From Trichomonas gallinae (taxonomy: Eukaryota), in the NCBI GenBank assembly GCA_008369845.1, contig MRSU01000017.1:1-39902 (forward strand): DNA of 39,902 nt. Direction: 5' to 3'. A model generated the notes under the pieces. The model ran no database searches. It had not been told where the DNA came from and saw only the letters and a list, made by a program, of their open reading frames with translations. Positions 38,733 to 39,902 of this stretch are shown piece by piece. The translations under genes and the position numbers were made by a program. Position 1 is the stretch's first letter. Each line of letters opens with the position of its first letter.

Positions 38733-39055
38733 TATAATCTGTTGTAACGATTTTTTTATATTTTTTTGCAAAAATCGTTATTACAAGAAAACCCATTTTT
38801 AACATTAAAATTAGATATATTTTGACATTATAAAAGAGAGGTAACAAAAATATTCTGCTAATTTCGAGTTTTTTGAAAGATGATTTGTCGAATCTTGGTG
38901 ATAATGGGGAACCGAGTCAGTAATTTTGTTTATTATTAGCTGGTGAATGCGGTTTAATAGGTTTTGTCCGGAAATATTTATGTATGTAAATGACGATTAA
39001 CTAAAAAGGTGCCACCGGCCATCTTGCTTTGAAAATCGAGATACGCTAAGTAATG

Positions 39056-39066
39056 TCACTTCACTT
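39056..39066 (+). promoter_or_regulatory. Tandem Inr elements TCACT-TCACTT
   Basis: Two adjacent Inr consensus matches ending 3 nt before ATG 39070. Confidence 0.75.
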
Positions 39067-39069
39067 TTA

Positions 39070-39902
39070 ATGCTCTCCTCTTCCTTCGAGCGCAACATCC
39101 ACCAGCCACTCCTTTTCATCGACAAGGACACACGCGTCGTCATCCAGGGTATTGGTAACCAGGGTCAGTTCCACTCCCGCCTTATGCGCCAGTACGGCAC
39201 AAAGGTTGTTGGTGCCGTCCATCCAAAGAAGTCCGGCTCAATCATCGCTGGCCTCCCAATCTTCAAGGACATGAAGGAAGTCGTCAAAAAGACAGATGCT
39301 AATGCCTCCCTCATCTTCGTCCCAGCTCCAGGAGCTGCTCAGGCTTGCATTGATGCTGCCAAGGCCGGCATGGGTCTCGTCGTCTGCATTACAGAGCACA
39401 TCCCACAGCACGACATGATCAAGGTCAAGAAGGTCATGAAGGAAACCGGCTGCCAGCTCATTGGTCCAAACTGCCCAGGTCTCATCCAGCCAGGCACACA
39501 CACCAAGCTCGGTATCATCCCAACATCCATCTTCGCCAACGGTAAGATCGGTGTTGTTTCCCGCTCCGGCACACTCACATACGAAGCTGCCTTCGCCACA
39601 ACACTCGCTGGCCTCGGTCAGTCCACAGTCGTCGGCATCGGTGGTGACCCATTCGCAGGACAACTCCACACAGACGTTGTCAAGCGCTTCGCTGCTGATC
39701 CAAAGACAGAGGGTATCATCCTCATCGGTGAAATCGGTGGCACATCAGAAGAAGATGCTGCTGAATGGATTGCCAAGAACCAGCTTTGCAAGGAGAAGCC
39801 AGTCGTTGCTTTCATCGCTGGTGCTACAGCTCCACCAGGCAAGCGTATGGGCCACGCTGGTGCCATCGTTTCTGGCGGCAAGGGCACAGCTGAGGGCAAG
39901 TA
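39070..39902 (+). CDS. sucD: Hydrogenosomal succinyl-CoA synthetase alpha subunit (AP33-type), truncated at the 3' end by the window
   Basis: Translates [27 protein letters not shown]...CITEHIP...IGPNCPG...[10 protein letters not shown]...GIGGDP...IGEIGG...[11 protein letters not shown]. Strong codon bias. Absent from the ORF track because the stop is outside the window. Confidence 0.98.
   Translation, partial: MLSSSFERNIHQPLLFIDKDTRVVIQGIGNQGQFHSRLMRQYGTKVVGAVHPKKSGSIIAGLPIFKDMKEVVKKTDANASLIFVPAPGAAQACIDAAKAGMGLVVCITEHIPQHDMIKVKKVMKETGCQLIGPNCPGLIQPGTHTKLGIIPTSIFANGKIGVVSRSGTLTYEAAFATTLAGLGQSTVVGIGGDPFAGQLHTDVVKRFAADPKTEGIILIGEIGGTSEEDAAEWIAKNQLCKEKPVVAFIAGATAPPGKRMGHAGAIVSGGKGTAEGK

Noticed and set aside
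39238..39899. Three minus-strand ORFs (143, 86 and 93 aa)
   Set aside because: Antisense shadows of the strongly codon-biased SCS-alpha gene.

Overview
An AT-rich, gene-dense, apparently intron-less eukaryotic window, most consistent with a trichomonad (Trichomonas-like parabasalid). The main evidence is a succinyl-CoA synthetase alpha gene with a hydrogenosomal presequence at the right edge, Inr (TCA[C/T][T/A]) and AAAGTGAC core-promoter motifs just before several ATGs, and several TAA stops that form the TAAA poly(A) signal. About 22 protein genes are supported. They include kelch, EF-hand, HPS5-like, flavodoxin-fold quinone reductase, ARM, ankyrin, 2-phosphoglycerate-kinase-like, ERGIC/Erv, F5/8-like and GT-A proteins, plus several apparently catalytically degenerate enzyme homologues (TTLL, PRMT5, GH47, Cache+PDE-like). 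The intergenic DNA is highly structured. It holds a 155-bp TA-flanked MITE, a pair of ~430-bp direct repeats bracketing one gene, several promoter-proximal tandem duplications, decayed ankyrin-gene relics, and more than 30 copies of a 10-bp motif TTAC(A/G)(T/C)G(A/T/G)CA often spaced ~20, 30 or 40 bp apart. I found no rRNA, tRNA, CRISPR or autonomous transposon. All family calls come from recognising motifs by eye, not from database searches.
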